Positions 25,139-25,838 of a stretch of DNA of 25,838 nt are shown one piece after another. Position 1 is the first letter of the stretch. Each line of letters starts with the position of its first letter. The DNA is from a virus (taxonomy: Duplodnaviria > Caudoviricetes), in the IMG/VR virus record IMGVR_UViG_3300042315_000041, positions 1 to 25,838 of that record. One strand, 5' to 3'. The notes beneath the pieces are model-generated. The model made no database searches. It was not told where the DNA came from and saw only the letters and a program-made list of their open reading frames with translations. The translations under genes and the position numbers were made by a program.

Positions 25139-25228
25139 GGGATACGACTGTAACACGGCGTGGATACGGATGGGAAGGGGTCGGCGCAGAGAGTCGCATA
25201 AATCCCTGCGATTCTGTCGGAATAGGGG

Positions 25229-25256
25229 TTGACGGGATAAACGGATCGTTTATAGT
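25229..25256 (+). promoter_or_regulatory. Rightward promoter with overlapping 17 bp palindromic operator
   Basis: TTGACG-16 nt-TATAGT; ATAAACG-GAT-CGTTTAT at 25237-25253. Confidence 0.7.
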
Positions 25257-25288
25257 TCACCCATCGACACACCAACTGGAGCAACGAG

Positions 25289-25525
25289 ATGAACGCAAAC
25301 CAACTCTTCCAAGACATCAACACCGGTTGCCTCACCGAGGTTGCCGAGGCCGCCACCTCTTACTACAGCGACATCCGCGGGTTGACCGTCCGTCAACAGT
25401 ACTTCATCTATCCCAACGGCACCATTGTGTGCCTAAACGCCGTCGACGGCGGCTACTACACCTCGGTTCTTGAGGATGACAACGAGGCCATCTTCCAGCA
25501 TACCTACCGCCGCTATTTCAACTAA
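25289..25525 (+). CDS. Hypothetical early protein
   Basis: GGAG RBS; first ORF downstream of the rightward promoter; 78 aa. Confidence 0.75.
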   Translation: MNANQLFQDINTGCLTEVAEAATSYYSDIRGLTVRQQYFIYPNGTIVCLNAVDGGYYTSVLEDDNEAIFQHTYRRYFN

Positions 25526-25575
25526 CCAAGAGACCTGCCAACGGCAGGCCAGTGCCCACCAACCAAGGAAACCAC

Positions 25576-25767
25576 ATGACACCAGACAAGTTGCTCCATC
25601 TCATGGACGAAATGATCAAAATCGACGGCGAAGACCTAATGCGGCTCAAGCCCTCCACCGCGCCGCTTGAAGCACTGCTCGCGTTCAACTCTCGTCGCTT
25701 GGCCCGCACGACGGACATGCTCTGCCTGACGATTGCTTTCGTTGCCGATCAAGCCAACAAACGCTAA
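25576..25767 (+). CDS. Hypothetical early protein
   Basis: AAGGA RBS before ATG 25576 (MTPDKLLHLM...). Confidence 0.65.
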   Translation: MTPDKLLHLMDEMIKIDGEDLMRLKPSTAPLEALLAFNSRRLARTTDMLCLTIAFVADQANKR

Positions 25768-25789
25768 CCAACCACAGGACACCAAACCC

Positions 25790-25838
25790 ATGCACTACAC
25801 CACCCTAGGCCCCGGCGACCACGCCACATGGACCGCGC
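25790..25838 (+). CDS. Hypothetical protein, 5' fragment (runs off the right edge)
   Basis: AGGA RBS; MHYTTLGPGDHATWT... Confidence 0.5.
   Translation, partial: MHYTTLGPGDHATWTA

Noticed and set aside
24921-25199. N-terminal extension of the 476 aa methyltransferase ORF
   Set aside because: Overlaps the cro-like gene; the GTG at 24920 has a GGAGG RBS and sits right at motif I.
1-25838. CRISPR array, tRNA, integrase/att site, lysis cassette
   Set aside because: No regularly spaced repeats, cloverleaf or matching protein motifs recognised by eye.

Overview
A 25.8 kb, GC-rich segment of a tailed dsDNA phage with a P22-like (podovirus) morphogenesis module. Almost all genes are on the minus strand. 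From right to left: a divergent promoter region with small rightward genes, a Cro-like HTH gene, a C5 cytosine methyltransferase, VRR-NUC nuclease, small Zn-finger protein, ParB/DGQHR-like protein, SSB-like protein, TOPRIM primase-SF3 helicase fusion, a candidate origin, TerS, TerL, an AT-rich HNH/NUMOD3 homing endonuclease, portal, scaffold, P22-type coat, decoration-like and small basic proteins, gp4-like adaptor, tail fibre/lectin genes, gp10-like hub, needle-like protein, and three ejection-protein-like genes (the last cut by the window edge). The most notable element is the methyltransferase locus. It is split by one extra G in a G8 tract, carries a tandem array of TRD-like modules, and encodes a second protein in an overlapping frame. 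Also notable: a G4/Z-DNA/inverted-repeat element after the primase, structured leaders before scaffold and coat, a shared promoter motif, an AT-rich portal 5' end next to the HNH gene, and several real small genes absent from the ORF track. No integrase, CI repressor, lysis genes, tRNA or CRISPR array were recognised. All family calls come from motif recognition and gene order, not database searches.
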